Of a stretch of DNA of 64,000 nucleotides, positions 17,422 through 27,019 are shown one piece after another (positions within the stretch are counted from its first letter, which is position 1; every line of letters begins with the position of its first letter). The notes beneath the pieces are model-generated. The model was not told the origin of the DNA, made no database searches, and saw nothing but the letters and a program-made list of their open reading frames with translations. This DNA comes from a virus (Duplodnaviria; Caudoviricetes). The stretch lies in the IMG/VR virus record IMGVR_UViG_3300032272_000005, positions 23,333 to 87,332 of that record; one strand, given 5' to 3'. A program made the position numbers and the translations under genes.

Positions 17422-17642
17422 TAGTATTTTCCCTGTATGCCCAAGAATAAATCACGATCCTTGGTTACTTGATCCAGTTGCATGTATAGGTCTTCCCACA
17501 TCAACTCATATGCAGATGTCTTGCACCCGTGGCAGATGGCCTTATCGTCTATTGAATGCCCATCAGTCGGATCGTTGTAGACGGTGCCTTCATAGCCGCA
17601 CTCATCACACTCGCCCTGCTTGGCTTTATGTTTCTCAGTCAT
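17421..17642 (-). CDS. Zn-ribbon protein
   Basis: CDEC...CHGC; TAATG overlaps. Confidence 0.6.
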   Translation of the reverse strand: MTEKHKAKQGECDECGYEGTVYNDPTDGHSIDDKAICHGCKTSAYELMWEDLYMQLDQVTKDRDLFLGIQGKY

Positions 17643-17783
17643 TGGGTTTTTCTTTCTTGGTTAGATCAAAGCCCACAGGTTGCTTCTTTTCGGTATATGG
17701 GACGCCGTTCTTGTCGAGTACCTTGGACACATGTTTGTCAGGTTCATGCACTGTCATGTTTTTAGGGCCTGCTTCCCACCAAC

Positions 17784-17939
17784 TCATCCCCTGTACTTCT
17801 CTGCTTTTGCCAACAGTTCCAAAAATTGGTCAATAGGAAGACGCACATTTTCCGCGCCTTGTGATCTTTCATATGCCTGTTCTATTTTTTCTTGTGTCCA
17901 AAATTCTTTCTTTGGAAATGGGATAACATTATCACTCAT
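17784..17939 (-). CDS. Small hypothetical protein (MSDNVIPFP...)
   Basis: GAAAGG RBS; start refined. Confidence 0.5.
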   Translation of the reverse strand: MSDNVIPFPKKEFWTQEKIEQAYERSQGAENVRLPIDQFLELLAKAEKYRG

Positions 17940-18104
17940 TTTGTTAGCCTTTCTAACAGGTTTGCGGTGGCTCTCAATTTTCTGATCCACTCACCAATGA
18001 TCTTCTTGTTTACGGGACGTTTCCCCACGGCAGTCCTGATCATCGCGCCAGTGACGCCCTCATGCTCTCTGATAGCACTTTCAATGATCTGTCCCGCCCT
18101 CATA

Positions 18105-18521
18105 TCAGGTTACTAGACTTTCAGCGTAGGCTTTGGCCTCTTTCATTGTTTCGAAGGGTTTTGGTTTTCTGGCTTTTACTTCATCTGGCCCCCAGAATTC
18201 AATAAGGCACCCGTCACTGTAAACCTCAATAACCAAGGACGTGTGTTCAAGGAAATACCGAGTTCCATAGGCTTGCTTGACTTCTACCCAACTTGGGTTC
18301 TGTAATTTAAAATCCATTTTAGGTTTCTCTGATTTATGTTCGGATGTGACAGAGAAACCAGACTTGGTGCGGCGAACAAGGAACTTGAAAAACTCACCAG
18401 CCCTCGCGTATTCAACTACCGCATCTTTACTGTCAGTTGGCATTACAGTGATCCCATATCTGATCGCTTTCACAGCCATGTCTATCTCGTGATCGGCACA
18501 GTTCATAATATATCTAGGCAT
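18105..18521 (-). CDS. Hypothetical protein
   Basis: Tiling ORF. Confidence 0.6.
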   Translation of the reverse strand: MPRYIMNCADHEIDMAVKAIRYGITVMPTDSKDAVVEYARAGEFFKFLVRRTKSGFSVTSEHKSEKPKMDFKLQNPSWVEVKQAYGTRYFLEHTSLVIEVYSDGCLIEFWGPDEVKARKPKPFETMKEAKAYAESLVT

Positions 18522-18526
18522 TTGGT

Positions 18527-18838
18527 TTACTTTCCCTTTCGTGAGGGGTGGTTTTTGGATAACCTGTCCAAGATTATCAGAAATGCAGCCATACCAGTGT
18601 CCTTGGTTGTGAAGTCCTTATCACCATTGGTATAGTTATTGTGCAGGAATGCAGCCGCGTTTTCCACAGTCATAGGGTCTGCATTCAAATCTTCTGTCAG
18701 GAAAGCCATGGCAGATGTTATATCATCCCATTCAGCGTCGTTTCGGGAGTGCCGTTCTGGGATGCAGGTTTCACGGTAGCTGTGGATCGCGTTCCAGATC
18801 GTGTCTAAATAATTAGTTCGGGTGCATGGTGTAGACAT
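18527..18838 (-). CDS. Hypothetical protein
   Basis: TAATG overlap. Confidence 0.65.
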   Translation of the reverse strand: MSTPCTRTNYLDTIWNAIHSYRETCIPERHSRNDAEWDDITSAMAFLTEDLNADPMTVENAAAFLHNNYTNGDKDFTTKDTGMAAFLIILDRLSKNHPSRKGK

Positions 18839-19084
18839 TATCCCGCGCCCCCGTTCTTGGCATACAGCATGAACCGTTCTTCCACATGGGGCAGGGTTCC
18901 TTCATTGAGTACATGCGCGGCCCGTACTGGGTCAAGGTCGCTTGTGGCGAGTAGGACGGTGGCTATGACGTGATCCAGAGTGATCTGCACTTGGGCAAAG
19001 TCTTTAACGGGGTGCCTCCCATTCAGAATTATCTTTGCTGCTTGTTCAGCCAGCTTGGTATCAATCTCGTTTTGTTTGGGCATT
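18838..19084 (-). CDS. Hypothetical protein
   Basis: CTGGAGA RBS before MPKQNE, promoter at 19131-19136. Confidence 0.65.
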
Positions 19085-19141
19085 TGTTTCTCCAGTGATA
19101 GATTTCTTTTGTAATTCCCTACGATTGATTTGTCAACCGCG

Positions 19142-20464
19142 TTATGCCTCCCACATATAGGTGCCTGTTGGGACGTTCGTTCCACTGGATTTGAATGATC
19201 CCACAGGCAGGTCACGCCAGTTGTAAGACCATTTCTCGTCAGGGTCGCCACAATAGCCGTGATCGTATCTCGCCGTGGCAGGTAGGATCGCGTACAGTTG
19301 TCCGCCTGGTTTTAAGAATTTCTTGGCGTGATCAACATGCTTCTGATAGTGCTTCCCCGCGAATGGAGGGTTCATCACCACAAGATCAAAGACGGGTTCT
19401 GGTGGCATGTCCAGAAAGTTGGCCCGTGTTACCGCCAGTCCACTGTTGATGCACTGTAGATGCCGTTCAGCGTGCACCTCGACGCCTTGTATGCTGATAT
19501 GTGGGTGGGCTTCCAGCATTTGCTTCATCATGTTGCCCGTACCGCACGACGGTTCCAGCACTTTGGCCCCCTGTGAGACGTGCATATCATTCAGCATGAA
19601 CTGCATAGCGGCTGGTGGCGTAGGGTAATATGCCAAGTCCTTGGATAAGGCCGTGCCAGTCTTCTTGTACCGCTCTGCCGCCGCTTCAGGGCTATCGGGT
19701 AATACCTCACCATAAAACTCCGCAAGACCCTTGTTGATCGTCTTTAATGCCTTGGGATCGAATATCAGGTGGCAGTTATTGTTCTTGAACCATTTGACCT
19801 TGACGCCGTTGTATACGGGCAGTTCCATACGGCGTGCTGACTTCATCAGATCATCGAACTCGCCATAGTCAATCCGTGGTTCCCCATCCAGTGTATTCAA
19901 ACAGTTCAGCACGTCTTTGACTTGATCACGCCCCCATCCATGATACTCTCCGCAACTTTCGACAATGATCCGCTTGGGCAATCCTTTGACGCCTATCCGT
20001 ACCTTGTCATGTGACTTGTATGCGGGGTCAAGTTGGGTGAAGCATTCAGCCAACCCCTTCAATACGTGGTGACGTGGATCAATCAGATAATCAGCGAATA
20101 GTTCGCGGATGTTATCCATAGTGAATTCATCAGGCTTGGTGAACTTGAGTTCAAATGACTTACGATCTTTGGTAGATGCAATCGCGTCGATCTGCAACCC
20201 GTTATACAGATACTTCCATGCGGATTGCAGCAAGGATGCCTCCATATCGTTCTGGGTGAGGTGTAGCCGCTCTCGTGTCATTGGTTGCCCAAATGTGCCC
20301 TGAATGCAGACAATCGCCTCACACGCCTTCACAGCCGCGTCGAAGGCCATGATCCGCTCTGGGATCGCAGCACGCTGTTCATTGTAGGTTTCAATGGCGT
20401 CGGATAAACGGGGCCTGATTGCAACTTCGGTGCTTGGTGAGGGTTTCCCTTTGATGTGTATCAT
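19142..20464 (-). CDS. DUF4942-like domain + N6-adenine DNA methyltransferase
   Basis: YYPTP (motif X), VLEPSCGTG (motif I), VVMNPPF (motif IV); FK(N)NNxHL at end of N-terminal domain. Confidence 0.85.
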   Translation of the reverse strand: MIHIKGKPSPSTEVAIRPRLSDAIETYNEQRAAIPERIMAFDAAVKACEAIVCIQGTFGQPMTRERLHLTQNDMEASLLQSAWKYLYNGLQIDAIASTKDRKSFELKFTKPDEFTMDNIRELFADYLIDPRHHVLKGLAECFTQLDPAYKSHDKVRIGVKGLPKRIIVESCGEYHGWGRDQVKDVLNCLNTLDGEPRIDYGEFDDLMKSARRMELPVYNGVKVKWFKNNNCHLIFDPKALKTINKGLAEFYGEVLPDSPEAAAERYKKTGTALSKDLAYYPTPPAAMQFMLNDMHVSQGAKVLEPSCGTGNMMKQMLEAHPHISIQGVEVHAERHLQCINSGLAVTRANFLDMPPEPVFDLVVMNPPFAGKHYQKHVDHAKKFLKPGGQLYAILPATARYDHGYCGDPDEKWSYNWRDLPVGSFKSSGTNVPTGTYMWEA

Positions 20465-20742
20465 CTTTTAAATTCCTCAGTTTTTCCATTTTTTGTTTTG
20501 CTCATGGTAGTCGGCCCCGTTTTGTAGCCATCCCATATCTTAACCAGTAAATCACGACGGGCAAGGAACGCTATATGCTGATCCCCTGATATGTTCATAT
20601 CCCCAGTCACGTCACGAGACAGCTTTGTAAGTGCTACACGCTGGTTGGCAAGAGTGATCCCGTGACCTTTGGCCCTGAACAGTCGATCCCCGACTTCTTT
20701 CAGTACCGCCATCCGTGCGTTATAGTGTGCTAGTTTCATCAT
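20461..20742 (-). CDS. Hypothetical protein
   Basis: ATGA overlaps at both ends. Confidence 0.5.
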   Translation of the reverse strand: MMKLAHYNARMAVLKEVGDRLFRAKGHGITLANQRVALTKLSRDVTGDMNISGDQHIAFLARRDLLVKIWDGYKTGPTTMSKTKNGKTEEFKR

Positions 20743-20889
20743 CCCCTCACAGTATGCACTAGAATAGCAATAAGAATTAATAATGAAAGTGCTGCGCATA
20801 TCATTGCTGGTCTGTACTTCTTTGATTTATCGAATAGCGTTGAAATGTTAAACAACAACACGGATACAAGCATGAAAAAAGTAGTGGTA

Positions 20890-21384
20890 CTAAGCATTTT
20901 CATCAAACCCGCAGCGGATGGGTTTGGTTTTAGCACGCCACCCCTCCTGTTTAAGGGCGTTCTTGGCTGTTGATTGTCTCCATCCAAGATCATCCCGTCC
21001 ATTTTCTGCTATTTCAGTCAAAGCCGCTTCCAACTCCGCAATGCGCTTGCCGTCATTCAGTGCTAGGCGGTTCTGAATAGTTTCGATTATATGCTTAACC
21101 AAAACGACAGGATCAACGGCGCAGCATTCCATATGTTCTTGTGCAGGTATAGGCCCGACATTCGCACCAACATACTCATACAGAATGTTTAGGGCCACTG
21201 CGTTTGCTTGTGCAGCAACCTTCCAGTCTTTGTTTATATCGGGTTTGGTTTCATCAACCACAGGTGCGCTGTCACAGTGGTTCATCACATTTAAAGCAGA
21301 GGCTTCTCGATCCGTTATTTTACAGTAGGTACACATAGTTCTTCCATGCCCTAGTGTTGAAGGTATCCAATTATGATTAGTCAT
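20890..21384 (-). CDS. Hypothetical protein with Cys/His motif
   Basis: ATGA overlap. Confidence 0.65.
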   Translation of the reverse strand: MTNHNWIPSTLGHGRTMCTYCKITDREASALNVMNHCDSAPVVDETKPDINKDWKVAAQANAVALNILYEYVGANVGPIPAQEHMECCAVDPVVLVKHIIETIQNRLALNDGKRIAELEAALTEIAENGRDDLGWRQSTAKNALKQEGWRAKTKPIRCGFDENA

Positions 21385-21581
21385 GTGTCCAAGTCCTCAT
21401 GCGTTTTTGCGATTACATATTCACGGGTGATCACCTCTTTGACCAAAAAGTCTTTCTCGCAATGGGAACAAGAAAAGTCGTGTGCTTCCTCTCCCCAGTG
21501 CGTTGTGACTTGGTAATAGTTATCACCCTCATCAAGCGGATGTTCGCCCCCACAGAATGGGCATGTTATGCTGTCTACCAT
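21381..21581 (-). CDS. Zn-ribbon protein (CPFCG...CSHC)
   Basis: TTGGAGA RBS, promoter at 21629-21634. Confidence 0.7.
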   Translation of the reverse strand: MVDSITCPFCGGEHPLDEGDNYYQVTTHWGEEAHDFSCSHCEKDFLVKEVITREYVIAKTHEDLDT

Positions 21582-21619
21582 GATAATCTCCAAATAGGTG
21601 TTCTTGGTATAACCCCCTG

Positions 21620-21892
21620 TTACGGGTTTGTCAACCGTAGCCGCTCACAAGTGTCTGCCCATTCATATATCCCAATCTTTGCCAAGTCTGCTATGACGCG
21701 GCTATCCACCTTTACACTGCATTCAGGGTGGTCTGGGTTCCCAACTGTGATAAGCCGTGACTGTGGTTGTGGGGGGCTGTAAACCACTATCATAGCAGAT
21801 ACGAATAACGCCGCCATGATAGTAAGGATCAGTAATCCTGCAAGGGTTGGGGTGCTATACCCCGTTGTAGTTGGTTCTGGTTCCCGTACCAT
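21620..21892 (-). CDS. Single-TM membrane protein
   Basis: Hydrophobic segment LAGLLILTIMAALFVSAMIVVY. Confidence 0.55.
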   Translation of the reverse strand: MVREPEPTTTGYSTPTLAGLLILTIMAALFVSAMIVVYSPPQPQSRLITVGNPDHPECSVKVDSRVIADLAKIGIYEWADTCERLRLTNP

Positions 21893-21896
21893 CAGT

Positions 21897-22100
21897 TTAA
21901 TCCAAATCCGTTAGTTCTATACCCGCACGCTTAGTGTACGATACATGCTCCATTGGGACGCAGCGGAATACCCGTACCGAACCGCCACTATCTTCAATTT
22001 CCAGTACCGCGTCGGCAAGTGCCTGTTTGTCCTCATGGACAGCAAGGCCGTTATCGGCATTCTTTTCATAAAGAGCCTTAGTCACATAAATATCTTTCAT
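21897..22100 (-). CDS. Hypothetical protein
   Basis: AAGGA RBS. Confidence 0.6.
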   Translation of the reverse strand: MKDIYVTKALYEKNADNGLAVHEDKQALADAVLEIEDSGGSVRVFRCVPMEHVSYTKRAGIELTDLD

Positions 22101-22230
22101 CAGTTTAATCCTTTCAATACGATGTCGATTTCAGCCAATGTCCCTTGAACCTCGGCCCAGTTGTGTACCAGTATACTCGCGCATAGTGCATACATGAATG
22201 CTTTAAAGATGAAGTACATGGTGATCCCCC

Positions 22231-22431
22231 TTATAGGTCAATTGCTTCACTACCATCTGTACGATGCACCCTGATAATGACAGGCACGATTTCAGCCTGT
22301 GGGTTCTTCAGATAATCGGGGTGGACTACCCATTGTTTATTAGCCATTGCCTTGGTGGTTCCCACGGCCCTGACAAAGTAGGTTCGGTTAGTCGGGCAAT
22401 ACGCCATAAAGCCTTCTGTTACACAAGCCAC
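22231..22431 (-). CDS. Hypothetical protein
   Basis: Tiling ORF. Confidence 0.55.
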   Translation of the reverse strand: MACVTEGFMAYCPTNRTYFVRAVGTTKAMANKQWVVHPDYLKNPQAEIVPVIIRVHRTDGSEAIDL

Positions 22432-22682
22432 TATCTTTTCCTTTTCGGAGTTACAATTACACGGTAGGGGCAGCGGGTTCTGTGAAGGACACCGACACCT
22501 TGATATTTTTCCCGCTTCCCAATGAATACGGTTTGGGCATACATCATGCGCTGCACATCTGGGGCATAGTTCTTGGGTTTGACGGGATAAGCCCCCACGA
22601 CGAAACTCTTGCGTTCTTTCTGTGCTATCACGAATGCACGTTCATTAGCACGGACGCCGCAGATATGTTCGCTGCGTTTCAT
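22431..22682 (-). CDS. Hypothetical protein
   Basis: ATGA overlap. Confidence 0.55.
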   Translation of the reverse strand: MKRSEHICGVRANERAFVIAQKERKSFVVGAYPVKPKNYAPDVQRMMYAQTVFIGKREKYQGVGVLHRTRCPYRVIVTPKRKR

Positions 22683-22891
22683 AGTTCCACCTGTCGGACA
22701 ACCACGCCTTGCAGTTCGAAGATACGCATAGTCAGAAGTTCATCTACGATATAATGGGGGCATTCCAGTAGGCTCTTGGTGAGTGCCAGAATGAATATCC
22801 CTTGGTGTTTGAATAGCGCGTGCCCCTTGCCCATGAAATAGAGCAACTCATGCACGCTGGTGACGGGTACGGGTTGGAGTTGTCGCTTCAT
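22679..22891 (-). CDS. Hypothetical protein
   Basis: ATGA overlap. Confidence 0.55.
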   Translation of the reverse strand: MKRQLQPVPVTSVHELLYFMGKGHALFKHQGIFILALTKSLLECPHYIVDELLTMRIFELQGVVVRQVEL

Positions 22892-23082
22892 TTACAATAT
22901 ACCTCATAGTGCAGTTCTTGTCCCAAGTGTAGGATTTCACTGGCGGGGCATGTGATAAACAGCATCCACTTACCATGTTTTAAGCCTACCCGATGATCGC
23001 CATTCATCAATGTATTTGTCAGCCGTTCAGCTTCTTCTTGTGTTCCTGTTTCCAGTTCCATTTCAATATCAGGATTGTTCAT
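22888..23082 (-). CDS. Hypothetical protein
   Basis: ATGA overlap. Confidence 0.55.
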   Translation of the reverse strand: MNNPDIEMELETGTQEEAERLTNTLMNGDHRVGLKHGKWMLFITCPASEILHLGQELHYEVYCK

Positions 23083-23438
23083 CCGTCTGTCTCCAATTCA
23101 GGTGTGTAAGGGCCAAGGTCGGTAGCCCCACGGTTTTTAACACTGTGCCAAGCGCACATATCGCAAGCGACATAGGGGCCTTCTCTAAGTTTGGTTTTAT
23201 CAGAGAAATGAAACCACGCTATGATCTTGGTAGCTGGACTGCAACAATCAATACAGGTGCCGTGCGAGAAACTGGCTTTATCACAATCGGGGCAATGGGT
23301 TGGCCCTCCATTATCATCAAGGATCAGATAGGTATCTTGGCAGGTTGAACATTCACGGATCATATCAATCCTCCCATATACGCAGGTTGCAGCGTGAGCA
23401 TCGTGTCGAGTAGATACGCCCAAACCGTCCACACTCAT
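23079..23438 (-). CDS. Multi-Cys Zn-finger protein
   Basis: Four CxxC pairs. Confidence 0.6.
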   Translation of the reverse strand: MSVDGLGVSTRHDAHAATCVYGRIDMIRECSTCQDTYLILDDNGGPTHCPDCDKASFSHGTCIDCCSPATKIIAWFHFSDKTKLREGPYVACDMCAWHSVKNRGATDLGPYTPELETDG

Positions 23439-23525
23439 TGTTAGGGGACAGGTAATCCATCCTCATCCCGCCTTGTGGGTCGTGTCCGTGGCGGCAGGGC
23501 CATAGCCAATCTAGTAATTTAGTAA

Positions 23526-23726
23526 TCATCGTTTACTCCATTCGTCCCAAGTCAATCCTTGGTGAGTTCGTTCGGCGTCTTCAATCGCCATTGTCTTGCC
23601 ACAGGATGCACATTTGCATTCGTCGGGCACGGCTTCACCACTTTCACGGTAATATACATCAAGAAAGTCGTGCTTCCCGCATTTGATACAATCCATATCA
23701 GGGGCGTTATATGGTATCTCACCCAT
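23526..23726 (-). CDS. Zn-ribbon protein
   Basis: CIKC...CASC; AGGAG RBS. Confidence 0.6.
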   Translation of the reverse strand: MGEIPYNAPDMDCIKCGKHDFLDVYYRESGEAVPDECKCASCGKTMAIEDAERTHQGLTWDEWSKR

Positions 23727-23736
23727 TACTTTTCTC

Positions 23737-24132
23737 CTATAATCTATCGTTAGAAGCCCAGCCGATTTTAAACATCTGATCCATGTTTATCCTGCTTATA
23801 TCCATAGTCGTGGCTTTGACTTGTTTTTCAAGTTCATCCAATCTCGCCCCGTGCATGTGGGATGGTCTATTTTGTGTCTTTTGGTATTCGGCCTCGCATT
23901 GGCGTCTGAATGCTATGTATTCTTCCAAGATACTATAAACGTGGTTCACATTATCAGCCATGATTAACACATTGAAGCGGATACAGCCCTTTTCAGGTAG
24001 GCGGCAATGGTAAGGGTATTTCCCCGCTGTAAACGTGTAGGCACGTTCCTTGTTACCTGTCACCCATGCCCTACATGGATTGGCTACATAATCTTTCTGT
24101 GAAATGTCGTATGCTGGTTCACTAATCATCAT
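23737..24132 (-). CDS. Hypothetical protein
   Basis: ATGA overlap. Confidence 0.65.
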   Translation of the reverse strand: MMISEPAYDISQKDYVANPCRAWVTGNKERAYTFTAGKYPYHCRLPEKGCIRFNVLIMADNVNHVYSILEEYIAFRRQCEAEYQKTQNRPSHMHGARLDELEKQVKATTMDISRINMDQMFKIGWASNDRL

Positions 24133-24335
24133 TCACCCCCTTCAGGTGTAAAGTCTACTTCTGTCTGCAAGATCGCCACAGGCTCACCATGCATCTGCCT
24201 GTCATGCAGCCATTGCAGGGCCTCAATGTTTTTGCGCCAGTGGTTTATAAATCGTTTAAGCATTTGATTTCTCCAAGTGATTGGTGGTGTAGGTCTAACA
24301 TAATCCCCTGCAATTAGTTTGTCAACCCCCCCAAT

Positions 24336-24368
24336 AAAAAAACCCGTGGGGTTTGAGGCCACAGGTTT
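24336..24368 (-). terminator. Intrinsic terminator after 24391-24717
   Basis: AAACCTGTGG/CCACGGGTTT hairpin + T run. Confidence 0.7.
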
Positions 24369-24390
24369 AATATTACAGTCAATTACGTTT

Positions 24391-24717
24391 TTAGCTGCCT
24401 GTAATATCAGGCAAGTATACAGGAAGATCAGAGACGTCGCTGGTTTTGATAGATGCCCCTGAAATACCTATACCAGTATTCAGTCGATGGATTGGGGCTT
24501 GGTCAGCACTTTGATAATTGTATGTGAGGTAAAACTTCACAAGTGCTGGGATTTGCAGGGCCACGACATCAAAGTCAGGCAGTTCCGAATTCACGAGAAC
24601 CACGGGGTCACTGATAAGGTGTAGATTGGGGTGATCAATTGCCATTGCCACTGCCGATAGGGGGGCAAGGGCCATGCCTACCGAAAGTGCTATAACTGTC
24701 ATAAAGGTTTTACGCAT
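24391..24717 (-). CDS. Signal-peptide-containing hypothetical protein
   Basis: MRKTFMTVIALSVGMALAPLSAVA signal; AAAGGA RBS; own promoter and terminator. Confidence 0.6.
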   Translation of the reverse strand: MRKTFMTVIALSVGMALAPLSAVAMAIDHPNLHLISDPVVLVNSELPDFDVVALQIPALVKFYLTYNYQSADQAPIHRLNTGIGISGASIKTSDVSDLPVYLPDITGS

Positions 24718-24785
24718 TATATCTTCCTTTTGTATTTGTTATCTCAACTCATGTTGATCCCCTTTAATAACACTTACAAATGATT

Positions 24786-24830
24786 TGTCAACCAAACTAC
24801 TTGACATTAGATTTAAAATATCCCTATGAT
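24786..24830. promoter_or_regulatory. Back-to-back divergent sigma70 promoters
   Basis: Minus TTGACA at 24791-24786; plus TTGACA(24801-24806)-18-TATGAT(24825-24830). Confidence 0.7.
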
Positions 24831-24900
24831 CTGATTGTCCAGAGGTGGACACCCCGAAAGGGTTTAGATAGAAACTTAGATAACGAAAGAGAGGTCTGCA

Positions 24901-25224
24901 ATGCAGCCTACAGTAAACTTCAACTTAAAACATATGGCGAATGATGGGCGGGTTCATTACTGGACAGCCAAGAGTGTCACGATACACCCCCAATCTGGTT
25001 TTGATATGCGGGAAGTGCCACAAGGTGTACAGGTGCCTTCTGAGTGCGTCTCATTCGTGACTGGGGATAATATTGAGTGTACCATCGACACAGGTATAGT
25101 TTATATCCTGAATATGGATGGTAAAAATATCGACAAGGTGAACCTGCCAGTTGATGCTCATGGCAACAATGAGAGTGACTGGATCACCAAGGGCAAACTA
25201 GACGGTGCCTATAAACCTACCTAA
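24901..25224 (+). CDS. Hypothetical protein, sole plus-strand gene
   Basis: GAGG RBS, own promoter and terminator; C-terminal GIVYILNMDGKNID motif. Confidence 0.75.
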   Translation: MQPTVNFNLKHMANDGRVHYWTAKSVTIHPQSGFDMREVPQGVQVPSECVSFVTGDNIECTIDTGIVYILNMDGKNIDKVNLPVDAHGNNESDWITKGKLDGAYKPT

Positions 25225-25228
25225 CTAA

Positions 25229-25261
25229 TTAGGGGAAGCGGTTATGGATTGCTTCCCCTAA
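25229..25261. terminator. Hairpin between convergent genes (probable bidirectional terminator)
   Basis: Perfect 11-bp inverted repeat TTAGGGGAAGC/GCTTCCCCTAA. Confidence 0.75.
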
Positions 25262-25273
25262 ATGATCTTGAGA

Positions 25274-25705
25274 TCACTCGGCTATCTGTAATGAAACCCA
25301 CTTGAACATTTCGGCACGCAGTTCTGCCATTGTATGCATCCCTGTGAAATGGTTTGTGCTTTCCCAATCTCCAGCATAGGTGTGCATTTCACAACTTCCA
25401 TCAGCCTCGAAATGTATCAGGATAATCAATCCGTCGATCCGCCACAGTTCTTCAGGGCAACCACATTCATCACTGGGCAAGCGTGCAAGTAATTCTATAG
25501 GGGCTGCACCGCCTGTCGGGGTGGCTTTGTAATTAACCCGTATGCATTCCAGTTCAGACACACCAGCGGGGCTTATATACGCCCTCTGTTTATTTGCGGG
25601 GTATGGGGTGGCTGGGCAAGGAAGTGTCGGAGAGCATTTCTCACAGTGCTGTTTTATGTGGATACCATGTTTACATTTTAGCATCAGCGTCTCCCCCATA
25701 ACCAT
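25274..25705 (-). CDS. Hypothetical protein
   Basis: ORF track; stop lies inside a palindrome copy. Confidence 0.55.
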   Translation of the reverse strand: MVMGETLMLKCKHGIHIKQHCEKCSPTLPCPATPYPANKQRAYISPAGVSELECIRVNYKATPTGGAAPIELLARLPSDECGCPEELWRIDGLIILIHFEADGSCEMHTYAGDWESTNHFTGMHTMAELRAEMFKWVSLQIAE

Positions 25706-25968
25706 GGGCGGAAGGTGACGTGGTTGTTTGCCGCCCCGCGCCCCAGTGCCTTACGAATGCGGGTCAGGGTGTGTGCTGCCCATCTGTGTAACGGGTTATG
25801 AATGTTTTTCATCGGTCTTTCCTTTTTTCGTTTCGGGCCTCGCCCCCCACATACCCCATATAACTATGGTGCAAGGGCCTTACGAGATACTTTCGATTTG
25901 TATTGTGGGCAATTATTCAGTTACTCTATTATTCCCTATTACTCCTTTATATTATCTCTCTGAGTTTA

Positions 25969-26205
25969 TTATGTATTTTCATCCGCCGATTTCAAAAATT
26001 TGCCCCAGAAAAATACGGTAGGTCGCTTGGGTTCACTGACCATATTGTACCCCCCTGTGATCTTGAGATCACTGATCACGTTTTGCATATTCTTTAGGGC
26101 CATACGGGGATGCCTGGTTTTTTCTGCCAAGGTCTGAAGCCGTATTGCTTCCTTGTTTAGTTCCCGCACCAGTCGATCCGTGATGTCTGGGAATAGATCA
26201 TACAT
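25969..26205 (-). CDS. Hypothetical protein
   Basis: AAGGA RBS. Confidence 0.55.
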   Translation of the reverse strand: MYDLFPDITDRLVRELNKEAIRLQTLAEKTRHPRMALKNMQNVISDLKITGGYNMVSEPKRPTVFFWGKFLKSADENT

Positions 26206-26206
26206 C

Positions 26207-26449
26207 TTAGTTTTCCTTTAGGTATACCGCCAGTGCAGCTTTACCTTCCTCGGATACCGCGAACCCAGCCGTTCCTAAGAAATCTCGCAGATGGTGCCAG
26301 TGTGGATTGGCTTTCATAGCTTTGGCAGTTTCACAATCTTCTTCGATCCCAAAGAAATTGCGGGTTACTTCACCGCATGGATCGTTAGGACGCCCTAGAG
26401 CATGATCCATATCATCCATGTGACTGTCTTTTAAACTTCGGTTATTCAT
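26207..26449 (-). CDS. Hypothetical protein
   Basis: Tiling ORF. Confidence 0.65.
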   Translation of the reverse strand: MNNRSLKDSHMDDMDHALGRPNDPCGEVTRNFFGIEEDCETAKAMKANPHWHHLRDFLGTAGFAVSEEGKAALAVYLKEN

Positions 26450-26627
26450 GAGAAGTGTCCTTTGGTTCGGGTGTGTCGGATATAATCCTGTTGAGTTCTG
26501 GGTACTCCCTGCACACCAATAATTTTGAAAATCGTAAGGCTCGGAACTGTGTTGAAGATGTTACCTTATCTTCCAGTTCTTTTAGACCCGCCAAAATTTC
26601 CCGCGCTGTTGTATCATCATGTGCCAT
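26442..26627 (-). CDS. Hypothetical protein
   Basis: Tiling ORF. Confidence 0.55.
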   Translation of the reverse strand: MAHDDTTAREILAGLKELEDKVTSSTQFRALRFSKLLVCREYPELNRIISDTPEPKDTSHE

Positions 26628-26898
26628 TGGGTTTTCCTCTCAAGGCGTTTCTAGCAGCAGCATAATCTTCCATGAGAATATACGGCGTGCTTACCATATT
26701 GCAGGTTTTATGGGTCTTGGTAATATCGAAGCCATATGCGGCTATGGTTTTCTCCAGTGCCCTGACGAATGGTTCTAACGCCGCTTCCAGTTGTTCAACA
26801 TGGGTGGCAACCTCTTTCAGATACTCGGCGGATAGTGGATCACCTGCGTAATCAATAGCGTCTGCCATTTCTCTTATTTTGTCAGGTGAGGTGTTCAT
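26617..26898 (-). CDS. Hypothetical protein
   Basis: Start refined to MNTSPD. Confidence 0.55.
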   Translation of the reverse strand: MNTSPDKIREMADAIDYAGDPLSAEYLKEVATHVEQLEAALEPFVRALEKTIAAYGFDITKTHKTCNMVSTPYILMEDYAAARNALRGKPNGT

Positions 26899-27019
26899 CG
26901 TGTAGCCCCCGCATAATAGTACCAGATACCGTTTACTTGACGACGGTATAGATCGGAGTTCTTGAACCCACCCCGTTCTTCCCATTGTCGCTTGGTTATT
27001 TTGTAGCGTCTCGGTGTAT

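Noticed and set aside
19085-19251. N-terminal extensions in the ORF track (e.g. 18838-19251, 5547-5855, 54753-55343)
   Set aside because: They run across promoter cassettes; the true starts follow the TTGGAGA/AGG RBS.
24831-24900. Hammerhead ribozyme or named riboswitch
   Set aside because: CUGAU and GAAAC fragments occur, but the CUGAUGA core and stems are missing; no confident match to preQ1 or c-di-GMP consensus.
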